Positions 24,801 to 39,800 of a DNA stretch of 64,000 nucleotides are shown one piece after another. Numbering within the stretch: the stretch's first letter is position 1; each line of letters opens with the position of its first letter. The notes under the pieces are model-generated. The model did not search any database. It had not been told where the DNA came from and was given only the letters and a program-made list of their open reading frames with translations. Position numbers and translations under genes: made by a program. Source of the stretch: Orbicella franksi (lineage: Eukaryota). The stretch covers positions 30,628,001 through 30,692,000 of the forward strand of contig OZ116698.1 of the NCBI GenBank assembly GCA_964199315.1, read 5' to 3'.

Positions 24801-27800
24801 AGAAAAAATAGTACCAAGACTAAAGGGTAAAGAAATGTTTGGTACAAAAAACAAATTTTGCTTATGATTTGTATTTGACGGCAATGAAGTCTAGAGGAAG
24901 TTGGGTGGCCAGAGGGCGCAATACATCAAAAGAAATCAACAAGGCCACTCCTAAACCCGTGGCAGATTCCTTGTGAATTAAAAGCTTTCAAAATCTTACC
25001 AACACTTGCAGTTCACTAACAGTCTCGTTTGGAGTACTCTCCTTTAGCTGGGTAATGTTCGCCTGAAGACCTTTCACTAGCGTGTCAAATTCTGCCGAGG
25101 ATGCCTGCAAATAAAACGACAGCAAAGCTAAAACACAGTCAAACCTCTACTAACGGTCACCTCTTTACAACAGGCACAAATGTTTAGAAGTGTAGCAGTG
25201 TTTTATTATCGTAGCAGCTGTTTAGGGCCAAGGCATTGCTTCTATTGTTTGTTCTATTGTTCCCTTAGAGGATATCGAGCCATTCATGCGAGACCTTACT
25301 AGAGCTGCTCCTTGACCCGATATGTTCGTCCCAGTTGAGAGATTTGCTCTTATTTTAATCTCCAAACAATGGCCACCTCTACACAATGGCCGGTAACCTC
25401 TACCCCCAAGATGGCCGTTGTAGGGAGATTCGACTGTGCTCCTTTATTCCAAACTGTTCTTGGCGATATGAAATGCCTCCCAGCGCAATCTACATAAAGA
25501 TATGACTGACAGTCCAATGTTTACTTAGAGGTGTTTCCTCAGAGATTGCCCTCCCTATCATTCACTGTTGCACACGGTTACAACAAAAATGCCTGATGTC
25601 AAAGCAGTCTACAGGTAACCATAGGTGATACTTTTACCAGTGAGTCTCTGGAGAAATCCTGAAACTGGACAATCTCACCTGTGCTTCAGTGATAAGGCCC
25701 TCCACATTAATCAACTCTGGCCATAACTCTTCAAGGTTGGAAACCGTATCAGCAGTTTCTTGGGCATCGTTCAACGTCGTCAGTGTTGTATTCAACTGGG
25801 CTTGTAAACCAAGCCTGGTACAAAGTGGACATGCTGTAAACGAAAGAACTTAGTCAGAGCCGTGAAGATTAACACATCATTGCAAAAACCATTGTTTACA
25901 GACCTTCTATTTTCTTTTAAGACAAGAGCGTACCGAGAGAAACACAAACTACAGGAAATCTGACCAGCACGAACGCTTTCACGCGCTAGCCCTTGTACGT
26001 TCGCCTTTTCTGATCGACTCTTCACTTGCCAGTAAACACTTTTCACAAATCAAATTTATGACTGAGTGTAGCAATATTAAAATTAATTTAATTTCCTTTG
26101 AGAAACAAATCTCATTAATTAACAGCGATTCAACGCCAGGCATCGGAGAGTAAGGCAGTCCTTATCCAAAGAAAGTCAAAACCTGTAGGAACCTTAGATA
26201 TGTGTTCCCTAGATTTTCCACAACTTTGACCAGAAATTTAGAATGTTACTGACCAGAGAAGAGAGGGGGACTGATGTGAAACTATCCTGCAGTAAAATGT
26301 TTTTAAGACTTCTCTTACCCGATGGCGAAATTTTCAAGACCCCCATCCCCCCTCCATCAACCTCTGGTACTTCAAAAGTATGGTAAAATACTCTGAATCT
26401 AATGTACCACCTTCACCTCCGGAGACTATTTGTCTTCAAAGAAGGATTCATTGTTGGAAAGTTGTATGTCGCTTGTTTTTTATTCCACAAGTACCCCCCC
26501 CCCCCCCCCCTCTGCATGGAGATGGTGCTTCCCCTTGACAAGACTTTCATTGTCCACATCCACCCTTTTTACACCTCAAAATTTTGAGACACGCCCCTTT
26601 TCTCATCAGTCCCGCCCCCCCCCCAAACAATTTTTTAAGAGTGCCCCTTAATAATACCCTGACTTTTCTCTGACCTAAATTTTTATTTTTACTTTTTCCT
26701 GACGTATTGTAGCCATGGATTACGCTATTTAACAATTATTCCATGAAACCGCGTTGGATATGAAGTGATAAATAACCAACGAGCGCGTAGCGCGAGTTGG
26801 TTATGATCACTTCATATCCAACAAGGTCGAATGGAATAATTGTTTTAGTATATTCTTAATCGGGTTTTTGCCGCCGATTTTTATTTCAACAATTTTACAG
26901 AGCGGAAAATTTTTAAACTTGGCGCACTGTTTTCCATATAAGGTAAAACTCCGACTAATGGCTCATAGTCGGAGTTTTTGAGCCAATCAGAGAGCTAGAA
27001 ATGCAATAGTCGGAGCTGAGAATATACTAAAAGATAATAACCACACAATAGCTGTTCTATAACCTCAATTAAACAAGTTACGAGTACTCACGATCACAGC
27101 CATTCCCTGAGAAGTTAGTGTGCTGTAACATGCAACGGTCACACGTTCTACTGGTCACGCCAGGCTTGCAGTCACACTGTCCAGACGCACGGTCACATCG
27201 TGTAAAATTGTTTGAGCCAGTCTCATTGCAGTTACACGCTGAAAAATGAAAATGCCGTTACCTCAAGATGACCGCTGGATACACTTGGGACTATGGATTA
27301 TGGAATAGCAACAAAGGTCTCAAAGGAATGTTTTCAGTTCTTCTATTCCCCTTTTAGTTATTGTTGATGGACAATTTAGCCGCCATTACTCGAGGCAAAC
27401 ACAAGTCATACCGCTAAACAACTTCAAACAAATTTTCTGTGACAGGCTATGACAGCATAAGGAGTTTCAGCAACAAAAAACGTGAGTGTTTAACAAGTTT
27501 CATATCACATCACTTAGTTACTACAGAGTAATTAAACTACAACAACGAAGTTTTGTATATCTAAAGACATAGAGTCCTTCTCAGTTCCAACTGGTCTCAC
27601 AGAAGGTATTGGTGACGTTTTACTGCTGCAAGAAAATCTCACTAAACTCAAAAGAAATTGTAAGTGAATGTCTTTCCTTGTGCATTCCCTTTTTCTTATC
27701 AGTTTTATTTACTAAACTAACCTATCCCTTACCTTGACAGGTGGCATTAGGAAGACCAAAGAATCCCCACTGACACAAGTCACACTTCTCGCCAAGAGTG

Positions 27801-30800
27801 TGGTTCTTGCACTCACAGATGCCCGACTCATTACATTGAAGAGAACCTGATCCAAATCTGTTACATTCACAAGGCGTACAGCCACTTGAAGTGAAGTTAT
27901 AGCTGTAAGGCTACAAAAAAAACAACAACAATAGTTATAAAATGAACAAATAACAGTGTCTAACCCAATTTTCATGTTAGTTCATTAGGTCAGTTTCCCC
28001 ATTCATAACCATCCACGTTCCTTCCTGGCTAATTATCCCCTCTTTGTTATTTTACCTCGGTAAACTACTGTTTTGAACATCACAAAACACTTATACAATA
28101 TTTTCAAATTGCGTGTAACAATTTTGTACAACTACAGGCCCCACTTGCTCAAAGGGTGGACAACGCTATCAACCGGATAAATTACTATTCAGTGGATAAA
28201 TACATACAGTAACAAAACAAACTGTGCTCCCAGTGGATAGTCGTATATCCAGTGAATAGCGTTATCCATCCTTTGTGCCAACTGGCCGCAGGTTATTAAA
28301 AAACATTTATTATACACGCAATAGCTGGGCAAATTGTTCTTAGTTAAAAAAACCATCGCCCATCGAAATCAGGGAAAATATACTCTAAAGCTATATGTAC
28401 ATTCTGTGCAGAAAATGTCATGTCAATACATGAAGAGTCTAGACTACTGACGGAAGACTTACAAAAAGTAACTTTTCAACTTGTTCTTGTCTTTTAGTTT
28501 TAAACTATTAATTACCTCACATCTGGAACAATTCAGTCCTGTCACGTGGGGCTTGCAAGCACACTGTCCAGTCACGTGATTACACACATTGTGATGTGCA
28601 CCGATTCCATCACAGACACAAGCTACAAGTCAGAGTTGACATAAATATGATAAATTGATTATAACACGCTGTTGCTGTTGGATTAGCTTCTGACTATTTT
28701 TTGCATTCCACTGCTGTAACGTGAATTTAGATCTGAGTAGGCGCAACAAAGAACTCCATATTAAACAAATTGTACTGAACTTTACGTTTTGATTACTTCC
28801 AAACAAACAAGTAAGAATGAAAATTAGAGCCTAAACTTGCAAAATCACTCCTGCAGGCAGTGTTAAGAAAAGTTGGTCTTATGAGAATGCGGGCATTGGA
28901 AAAAACAAGACTTGCCAAAGCACCACAAAGACCTAAATTTCAAGGACGACAACACTGAGGGAAACAGAAGAAAATTTAACACTAAAGGATAATCTGTCGG
29001 GTCACTACAGATGTTTTCATGTGAAACTGTACCTACATATGATACTGTAGTGCGAGCTAATAGGGAATTACTTATATTGTGTATCCTTTCAGCGATGTCG
29101 TAAAACCAAAACCAAAGTAATCGCTCTAGGCCAGTCACAAAGGAGGTAGACAATACAGTGAGTCAATCAAAACTCAAAGTAGCTAACGTGAAGGCAAGCG
29201 CGGGAAAACGTGTGCGAACGAGTCACGATTGGTCTTGGTTTTACTTCTGATTGGATGAAAAATTGGCGCGGGTTTTTTGAGCCAATCGCGTAGCGTAGTA
29301 ATGCAAAACCAATTACTTTTCAACCGCTCTAACATTGACTAGAACTCTCTAACTGGCAAATCTTGATAGTTCACTATGCCCCGTTTTACAGCATGAGAGT
29401 TCACGGGCAAGCTACCTTGACATTGTTGTTCAGTAGCATTCCCCCATGTTCCATTCTCACAGCGTTCACAGTAAAAACCAGTTGTGTTATGCTGACAGTT
29501 GATACATTCTCCTGTTGTTCTGTTGCAGACATCTGAGTTGTTGTTACAACGACATCTGGAGCAGTTTCCTCCTGGAGTCAGAGGTTCACCAAAGAACCCT
29601 AACTCACAACTGAAGTACAAAGAAAGGTCTGCATTAAAAATAGTCATATGGTGAACAAGAAATCAATTGCAATGAAGGCTCATTTAACAATCTACCTTAA
29701 ACAGAAACGTGGTAATTAAAGTTACTGTTAGAAGAATACTTAACACTGAGACAGTGTTCTACCACATTTCTAAGCACATTAAAGTTCTTCAAAAATACTC
29801 TACTACATATCGTATTTTCAACTCTCCTCTCTGTCTTTTTGAGGTTTGGTAAAACAAGTGCTTGGTATATTAAGTCAATCATTCTCTGACATTGTGCAAC
29901 AGAGACGCAGATTACTTTTATACATCTAACCCCTGTCACAAGCCTCACACACGCCATTCTTTTCCATTGATGCCGAGCTATGGTGAGTGGTCACAAGTGA
30001 TATAAATTTCCTAATGTGCGTCAGGCTTTTAAAAAAGAGATATTTAGACGGCTTGACATCATTTCTCACCTTCCACAAATGTCTCCCTCGTATCCCTCAG
30101 AGCAGTTAAGACATCTTGGCTGACCATCAGCACCAGCTTTACACAGTGCACTGAACAAGAAGAAAAGCGTAATAGCGTAATAAAGGGTAGGGGCTCAAAA
30201 ATATCTTGTCTGGGAAGACAATTGACAGTCCAATAAAATGTCTTAGTCATGTACAGAGAGGTAGAGTCCTGCTACTAAAGACCACTTTTGTACTATGGGA
30301 TAAGATTAAGTACACACCCTTGAGTACGAAAAGGGTCAAGTGACCTCTGTGACCATAACCGTGGGGTAACAATTCTATTGATGTCTCGCTTTGGAACACT
30401 GTTTACAAACAACACTATTCTGAGGATTGCCACTCCCTACTCAAAACATGCTTCTATCTGCTTCGTCAGTAATTTACCCCTATGCGTAATCGAATGTGTG
30501 CCGAGTTTGTATGCTTGGTTTTCCTTGCGAAATCAAATCATTTTATTGGAGTACTGTTGTTTCCATGCAGTGCATACTCACGTTGTGGTTCGTGGACTTT
30601 CACATGGACATTTCTTGCAGTCACCAGGTGTTCCGTCAGTGGCGTTACCATAGAAACCATCCAAACAGATCTCGCAGTGAAAGCCAGTAGTGTTGTGAGC
30701 ACAATTCTGTTAACAAACAAGTTAAGCAGGTTTTGAGTAAAACAATATTTCAGTTTCCTACCACTGCTCTAGTTTTTCAATACCGGTAGACTGCAAGCAA

Positions 30801-33800
30801 TCTCTCTTTTGCTCGAAGTTCCGTGGTGAAGAAAGCAAACCAGAATGCAATACAAGCGTGCGATTGTGACATGTGAGGCCGCGAGCCACAAGCAGCATTG
30901 GCGTCGGAAGATGAGGCATGCTCACTTGTTTTGCTTTCTTCCCCATGGACTTCTGAGCAAAAGACAGACTGCTCCCAGTCTAGTTTTTCAATAAGCTTCA
31001 CTTGCACTATCAGATATAAGAGATAGAGATGCTTAGGAATACATTAACTTACGCTCAGCAAAAAGGAATCAGAATAACACTAGACCCATGACAGCGAGAT
31101 GTTTATGACTTACCAAGCATTGTCCTGTAGCAGAGTCACAGTCCCGAGTGTGACCATTACAGTTACATGGCTCACACTTGCCAAGATACATGTCACTTGA
31201 CACATTCACTCTGTGATAACCACTTGCACAACGCTAAAAAGTAGGGAGAATAAAACTCTTCCGTCACATTTTTGACAGTTAATGAGGAATGAAAATCGAT
31301 AAGAAACCAGCCATATTTTCTTTCTAATTAACTGTGGATAAAACTATTTTGTGAGAAAGACAGTAAACCATGAATCACCATGCAGTGATACTGTAGGTAA
31401 CAACAGCCCATAAAAGATTGGCACTACATCTCAGTAGTAAACAAATTAAAGTGTGTCATACCTCACAGGATAAACCAGTATAACCTGTTCCACAGCTGCA
31501 CTGTTCTACGTCATAAGCTCTTCCGGCTTCTGACACTGCGTCACTTACATCAGAAACTTCAACATCGCCAAGGCTGCATTTGACAAAGTACAATTTTCTC
31601 ATTTAACTACTTTAATTATAATTTTGTTGCTATTGTTACACACCTTAATTAAAAAAACAATTGCAACATGATTATCTCAAGTATTATTTTCTTACTGAAT
31701 ACTGTCTATTACCAAACTGCACTAGGATGAAAATGCAAACCTTTGCTTGGATAGAACATTATATGATGTATATTGTATCTATGTGACCTGTAAGTATCAT
31801 TGTGACTTGTTGCATCATTGCTTTTACTTCCAGTGGGGCATAATCCTTCTGTTGTTTACTGGGGAAGGCACTTTACTCTTATAGTGCCTTTGTACTGGCA
31901 AATTGTACGCATAAAATGCTGGGGCGGGGGAAGGGTGCGGTTAAGTTCCACCAACCCTCATGAAGGAAACATGAGGCCTTGATTCATAAAGACAGTAACC
32001 TTACTGACAGACTTTCCAGCTAAATATGAAATAATTGATGGCTGACCTTGTGAGGTAAGTTCCTTGACCATCAGAATAAAATGATGCTGTGATGAGAAGA
32101 CCTTGCAGCCTGGCCAGCACAAGCAGAAAGTCTTCTCTAGACACTGGTAATGAGCTTCTACTGTGAACCCAGGAACTCTGGACAAGATCAAAACGGAAAA
32201 ATCACCTGATGTGTCTTGTAATACTCTAATACTTGTCGTTACATTAATTTGTAATAGATGTACATGTATTACAAATGAATCATTACTTTAATTCAAAGTC
32301 TAAAGTTAACTTTACTAAATGAAGCCAAATTGTACTTTACAGGATGTTTCAAGCTGGCTTTTCTTAATCAGACTCAATGTCCACTAAGATACAGGAGCCT
32401 TGTACATTCCATGGCATGATGATGTTGATGGTGACAACAAAGCTAATGAACCTTTACAAAGCTAAATGGCTTGTTCCACTCTGTTTATTGTAAATCCTTG
32501 TGTCTTTTCAACCCTGAGTACATGATAACAAAAGGTTTCCTTTGATTTTATCTGTAAGGCACATCCATCGTTTTCCATTGATTTTAGACATTCACGACCA
32601 AGCTCTTACGAATTTTACAAATGTCTTGAAAACTTACTAGTTCTTCACCCTACAAGATGTTTCAATTATGTTGCCAATATTTGCACTGGCAACTGCAACC
32701 ATTATGTAGTAAAATTACTTTCTAAACAAGGGTAAACGTTATAATAAGAAACCACCCTACCTCTTTGATTGATACAGTTCTTGCAGCTATCTGGTCAGCA
32801 GACACTACTGTCAGGGAATGCTCAACTGATATGTTCTTCACTCCCTAAGATGAAGACCAAATATGCTACATTTAGTAACAAAACTGAACAAATGCTGTAA
32901 ATACAACTTTAAATCACTTTTGAAAGGGCTAAGGATAACTTCATTTTAATTTAGATTGACATTCAAACATCCTCCTGGTATTTGGCACTCACATACCAGT
33001 AGTTACATGTAATGAAGGTCAAATGTGTCTAAACAGGTACAGCAGCTCTGTGGTTCATTGACATCTTTGCACTAATGTCCGTCGTTGTTCCAACTGTTGT
33101 TGGCTACTATTAAATTTCATTAACCAAAGTCCCTTTCCTCTCAAAATCTAGTGGGTGTTTACTTAATATTATTATTTAGCTACATAAATACTCCAGTGGG
33201 TGTTTACTAAATTTCACTAAATAAACACTCCTTTCGTATAGCATTTGTTCATATTTTCACTCATTAGTATATCTCTGTACATATCATTTCTTTGTTCATT
33301 CCCATATCTACCTTCAGGATAACTTTTGGCTGTGATGTTATCAAGGTCCCATTTGACAGTGGTTTGAAAAAGAGTTTTAACTTTAAGTTTCCACCATAAG
33401 CTCCAACCTAGCAAATAAATATACAACCAACGTAAAATGTTTCATGACTCATCCATTTAGCATTACACTATAAACAAACATGCCTGGAAACTAACTTACT
33501 CCAAGTATTATTTACAGCTCCTTCAATTCCAAGTACAAATTTTTTTTTACTAGTCCAGAACCCTTACTGATTCACACACTTTGGGCACTTTGTACAACCT
33601 GATCTCATGACCTTGTCAGTCATGTAAAATGGTTGTGGTAAATGGACAACAGAAATATAAATAGTACAGTATGATGAGATAACTATGATTAAAAATTTGG
33701 GACTATTGACAAAGCGGTGCAACATTTTATGGCAACATAAATGTTTCACCAAAAAATTAAAACTTAATTGCTCGACGGCACAGCTCATCATTTATTTATA

Positions 33801-36800
33801 TTCCTAACTTAATTGTTATTTACTAGACATCAATGGTCTCAAAATTGGTAATCGTACCATTTGAAAGACCATGCTTTTCTATTTCTGGTCTTACATTTTA
33901 TGACATATCCATTTTTTTAAGACTGATAAGGTTAACTACATGACACTGGATTCTAGATCTGAAAGGCTTATTCTTTTAATGAAGTTGAGAGATTTTGGTG
34001 GCAGAACATGACAGTACAGCAGTTGCTGACAATAATCTCAATATTCATCATTACCTGACTAGTTACTGATGAATTACCAATGACAAGATAGGATATTTAA
34101 ATCTACTGGCAGGTATAGCTCTTACCAAGCTGTCATTATTGAAATTAGAATTTGTTTTCCAATAAAGAGTTTCATTGGTTGAAATGTTTGCAGCAATCAT
34201 GCTCACAGGACTGCCATCATGCTAGAGACAACAGATGAAATAAATTATTAGTAATTAAAATGTTTCAATAAGACTTGAAACTATTAAGATTCCTAATGTC
34301 TTAATAGTAGAAACAACAACAATTAACTACCCTTTGAGGAATGCCTGTTTTTCAAGGACATTTACGCTGTAGCTTTACTTAGAAAAAGGTATTATTATAA
34401 TTATGCAATAAACCACAAGAGAAAATACTGCAGACTATGATACTAGGTACATTTTTCAATTAAAAACGGCTTAGAGCCATTATAAAAATTTAGTGAGTGA
34501 CCTACATTTATTTCAGAAATTAAGTAAAGGGCCTTTCTACCGATATCACACAATACCAACAACATTTTGTATTTTTCAAATAAACAAAAAAAGACACCTC
34601 CATAGATCAATTTACCTTCGCAAATTTCACAAACAAGTAAAGTTTCATAAGATTTTTATCATAAAGAAATCTGTGCCAGGGGGCAAGCGTTGCCCCTGGC
34701 ATACATGTACATTTTGTTGTGAAAATTGCCAATTTTGGGATCCTATATCTTCCTAATTTTGCAACAGATTCTTATGAAACTTCACATATTTACTATCTTT
34801 TGCATGATAAATAGAGGGGTGAGGCTTATTTTTTGTCCAAATGAGGAATTTCCAAGTGTGTGACATTGGTAAAAAGATCCATTAACACCACAGGTACATG
34901 ACGCAGATTCTAGTTTACATTTGAGACAAATTAAGTTTTCTTCAAAAGGTAAGTTTCTTACCTCCACTGAGATCTGAGTGAGATCAATTGAGTTCTGACT
35001 TTCTTCAGCTGATCCTAAACTCCAAACACCAAGGCCAACTTCACTCTAAGACAAGGAAGAATTAATACTGAACATTACACAGTCATGTAAAGTAAAACGT
35101 TTTGCCAGGACATTTTAGACATGATGTGGAAACAAATTAGCTAGTAAAAGTAAGGTAAAGTCAACTCTTATTAAACAGGGTAGCCCTTTCAGCACTAAGC
35201 TGGTATCAATAGGGGCCCTGACAACTATAATTAAAGTACCTGAATGTAGATATAACAAAATAAGAAACTCTTAAGAGCCAAATAATTAATTATGTAAATA
35301 TGTACAATAAGTGTTAAGAAATACATCTCAATTACTTTGATATTTATTGGTTCTTGACATTTTTGAAGTTTTAATATTAGTGTGCTTCATATCAAAGAAA
35401 ACATAAATTGCATGCATCAGCATGTTTCTTTTAAGAACCGTTCGTATGATACCTTCTCTAACTCATTGTTTAACAATCCATCGACAATACACAGAGGAAG
35501 TCATGACCATCGTGTTGACCAGTTTAAAGATCTCATCTTGATTAGCATAAACTTTTAAGGACTTCATTTGACTTTTTGTTTACTTCTCAGCTTTGGCTTG
35601 CATTAAGAAGATATGACAAACAATCAAGGCAGTGTTTCACCACACTTCCAAACACTTCAGATTTCATCAAAAATGCTTCACTGTAAATCTTATTTCTCTC
35701 TTCTTGGTGTTATGAAATGGGATGAAACAAGATTTCTTGTTTGATATAATAATGTATAGAACATAAACCCATTTTACAGAGCTTTGACTGCCTATAGCAC
35801 AGAGTGACAAAATGGTTATTTGGGCTAAAAAAAAAAGATGGCAGCTGTACAGTTTACCACAATATCAAGCGAACCTTACACAGTCCATAAAGTACAAGGA
35901 AAGCCATATTTTTGCAATATTTGTCCCTGTGCTAATGACATTGTGTATGCTAGGTTTGAAGATTTTAGAACTTTTCTGTATATTTTTATGAACATTGTTA
36001 AAAGTTTTTGTGCACTTAGAATTACATGTACAGGTACCAGTCATCATCTCTTTTCCTACTAAGGATTGATGCTTCAGCCTCATTTACCTGTTTTCGGTAA
36101 TGTGTTGTACTGCTGCAGTTTGCAGTGATTCCCATACACACACAGTTTGTACATCCTTCTCTGTTACTGCTTGTCAGGTAGAAAAATCCACTCTTGCACT
36201 CATCGCAAAGCAAACCAGCTGAGTTGTTCTGATAAAAAAAAAAAGGAATAATAAATTGAGAGGGGCACTAGACTTACATTTTGACCTCTCTGAGAGAACT
36301 CTGCTCAATTTTTTGTAGTATAAGAGCTCCCTTGAAACCAGGGGGCAGATCCAGGATTTTTCTTGGGAGGGGTTGCACCACTATGGAATGGAATAACTGA
36401 CTAGTGAGGTAAACCCATTTTAAAAGCGAATAGGAAGAAGTGGGTGTCATACCAAGGGGGGTGTACACCTCCTACACCCTCCCCCTAGATCCACCCCTGC
36501 AAACTGAGTAAGGGAAAAGGGTAGAAAAATATCAAAAACATAAACAGGAAAGGATTACACTAGACAAGATTGAATGAAGTAACAAACTGCCTCTAATGAA
36601 TTTGATCAATGTCCTCAATGTCTAATACAGGTCACACCCACATCCCCTGTTAGGTTTTAGCCCCTTTGTAGTTTGTGTACATTGTTTGCATTTCTTAAGT
36701 CTGTATCACTGCATTTTGTCACCAATGAGTCTTACAAAAATAGAAATGTGTCTCATGTGGTCAACTCATGGCTAAGTTGAATGAATTTATCAGGCAGCAG

Positions 36801-39800
36801 ATCATGTATTCCATCTCTGGGATGACTGGTACTTACTGTCAAACTTCTCATATGTGGAACCCTTGTACGGAGTGGAAGATATCACAATGAAATGACTCTG
36901 AAACAGAGGCAAGTGTACTAACCTTACAAGGACACTGGTGAGAAGATTTATTACACACTTCACTCAAGCTGCCATTCCTATCACAGTTGCAAGGAAGGCA
37001 GCCTGAACTTGAGAAATTCTTGTATCCATCCATACATTCAGTACACTTATCACCCTGTACACCAGGACGGCAGCTGGAAAAGTCAAAACAAGAAAATAGA
37101 CAATAAAATAAATTCTGCCTCTAACCCTCACAGGTACCATGCATTTTGAAAATGGTTACACCACTAATCAAAACTATAACAAAATTCTCGAACGTGATTG
37201 GCTATCAGCAGCCTGATTTGAGCATTAATTGGACAGTGTACGCGTCATGCTTGTAATTGGACAGTACGAGTCATTTTGCGCCTGATGTTGCGGTGCACTT
37301 TGTTGAGTAAACTGCTGGGTTTTTCAGCATTCATAATGACGTTTTAAAATCGTTCAGCGTTCAATCGATGGTTTGTTTGTTTCTCGAATTTTGTCATAGT
37401 TTTGATTAATTGGTAACAGGACATTGTGTCGTCCAATTCAGTCTGTAATCATACCTGTAATTAACAAATCAGACTTCTGCTTCGCGGTCGTCTGATTTTG
37501 TTAATCACTCGTATGATTACAGACCAAATTGGACTCCACTCAGTCCTATTACCATTATTAATCAGCTGATACTTCTAAAGGCCATGAGATACTGTAGAAT
37601 TGTATTATACATTGAACAACAAAAATTATTGTAACACACTACTGTCTGAAATCAGTTTATGAAGGCTGTCTTGCAAAATAATTTTGCACTGGTTTAAATT
37701 TTACAACTCCCTTTTGTTCAAAGTGATCACTTCGTAATGCAATTTCGAGGAGAGAATGGGTGCCCACAACAGATAATTCTAAGGGCTTATAAGGTTTAAT
37801 GATAAGAATAAAACAGACCATGATAAGTTCTGTACACCATACGCAGTTGACCTACTGTACAAGTACCAGCAGCTGGTATGAGAGGCACAGGTTTAATGTA
37901 CCATGTATGGAGAACAGAATTCAGCGTTCTGTACCTGCACAGTCCAGTGGTAAGGTTACACTGTAAATCCATTGATCCTATTGTGCTACAGTTACAGGTC
38001 TAAAGGACAAGTTCAAAAAAGAAAAAAACTAATTCATTATTCATATGCACAGGAAGAGCACAACTACATGTAAGGAAAACCCCTTCAAAAACAGCCTACA
38101 AAACACTTTATTTTCTTATGCTCATTGGCACTCTGATCAGCCTGACTAGTGCTACCGTTAACCTGAGTAATGCTCAGGTCAACCTAGCCTGTTTACAGCT
38201 AGTTCTCAACAATGGTGCAATCATGTAGCTTTGCCATGTAGTGAATAGTCATAACTGAGACTACAATTTATACAATACAAGTTCAATGAATGCTACTTCA
38301 AAATTAAAATTACCCTCACTGATTTTATACATTTCTTTATAATAAAACAATTACATGATGAACTCTCTTGGAAATGAAATAGTCACACAATATAACTACC
38401 ACAACCAATAATAGCCAAATACAGCCCACAAAAGATGAAAGAATTTAACGTTACCTGACAACCAAGAGTTTCATTCCATCCCCAAAATGTGTGATTACAT
38501 TGATCACATGTGCGACCAACAGTATTGGGAGGGCAGGTACACTGGCCAGAGATCACATCACAAACTTTATTCTCTCCCTGGCAACCACATTCTGAGGTAA
38601 ATAGAAACAATCTAGTCAAGGTTTCACATGTTCCATGTTAACGATTTATGTTATTATAAACTAAGATCAAGAAGATTGTTAATCAATTTGCTCGATCCCA
38701 CAATCCTGCCTAATTCATTGAGCTGTACAAATTTTACCGTCTCTGAGCTGACAGAAAATTGATACAAAAGTTAACAATATTTTGACTAGTTGTAGAAATT
38801 TAGCGCTTGGGTGAGCCAAACAAATAAGAAAATCTCTTCTTCAAGCCTCACTATGTAGCCTTATGCTGCCCTCAGCCAGTAGCCTAATAATAGCCTAAAA
38901 GAACTATTATGGAGTTGTCTTTGATCATTATTTCTCTGAGACCATTTGAGCTGTTTGGCTAGAGTAATCTCACTGTACAAAGCCACTACGTTTACTTAGT
39001 AGAAAAGGATGGTAAACAATTATCTTACTATATTCATCTGCATTTTAATAAAGCACATTACCTGAACATCCCTGTGAAGTGAAATTATAAAATCCTGCAA
39101 TACACTGGTCACATGTCCTTCCAGTTATACCATGCTTACAGTAACACTGGCCACCATACTTTTGACATGTGCTGTTTAATGAACCAGTCATATCACAGCT
39201 GCATGCTAAAGTAAACAGCACAGAAACACAATTTGTTAGTTTTTTTTTGGCATCATTCTACATGATTTGCAAATGTACAAATTGTACTTGTCTGACTGTG
39301 TACTTGTACTTCTATCAATTAGCCTCTAATATATCCCTATCAGCAGGATGTACCTAGGCTGACAGTGGTGGACTGAGTGATTTTGCAGGTGGCCATTTAG
39401 TCTCACTACCTGTTGGTCTCCTTCAACATAACACTGTATTGTTTGATCATTAGAGTGTAGAGAGACTACATATAGATGTTGATCACCCAAGGAATAACCT
39501 GAAAAGACATGATGATGTGCCTTATTCAGGCTTGAATAAAACCAGCAGTAAATACAAAAAATGTAAACAAACAAACTGAACATACACAAAGCTCTTCCAA
39601 GATAGTTGACTGTAAGAGAGAAAACTTGCGCGAGACAAAACTCTTCCTGGTCAGTTCCAATTCCCATATCATTTTCGATAACAGAGCAATTTGCCAAGAA
39701 ATCCTGCCGAGTTGAATTTCTGAGTAATGTCGCTTGATAGAATTCTTGTGGTAAGGCCACAACATCGACTGGTGAAAAGCCAACTATTGATACGTCATAA

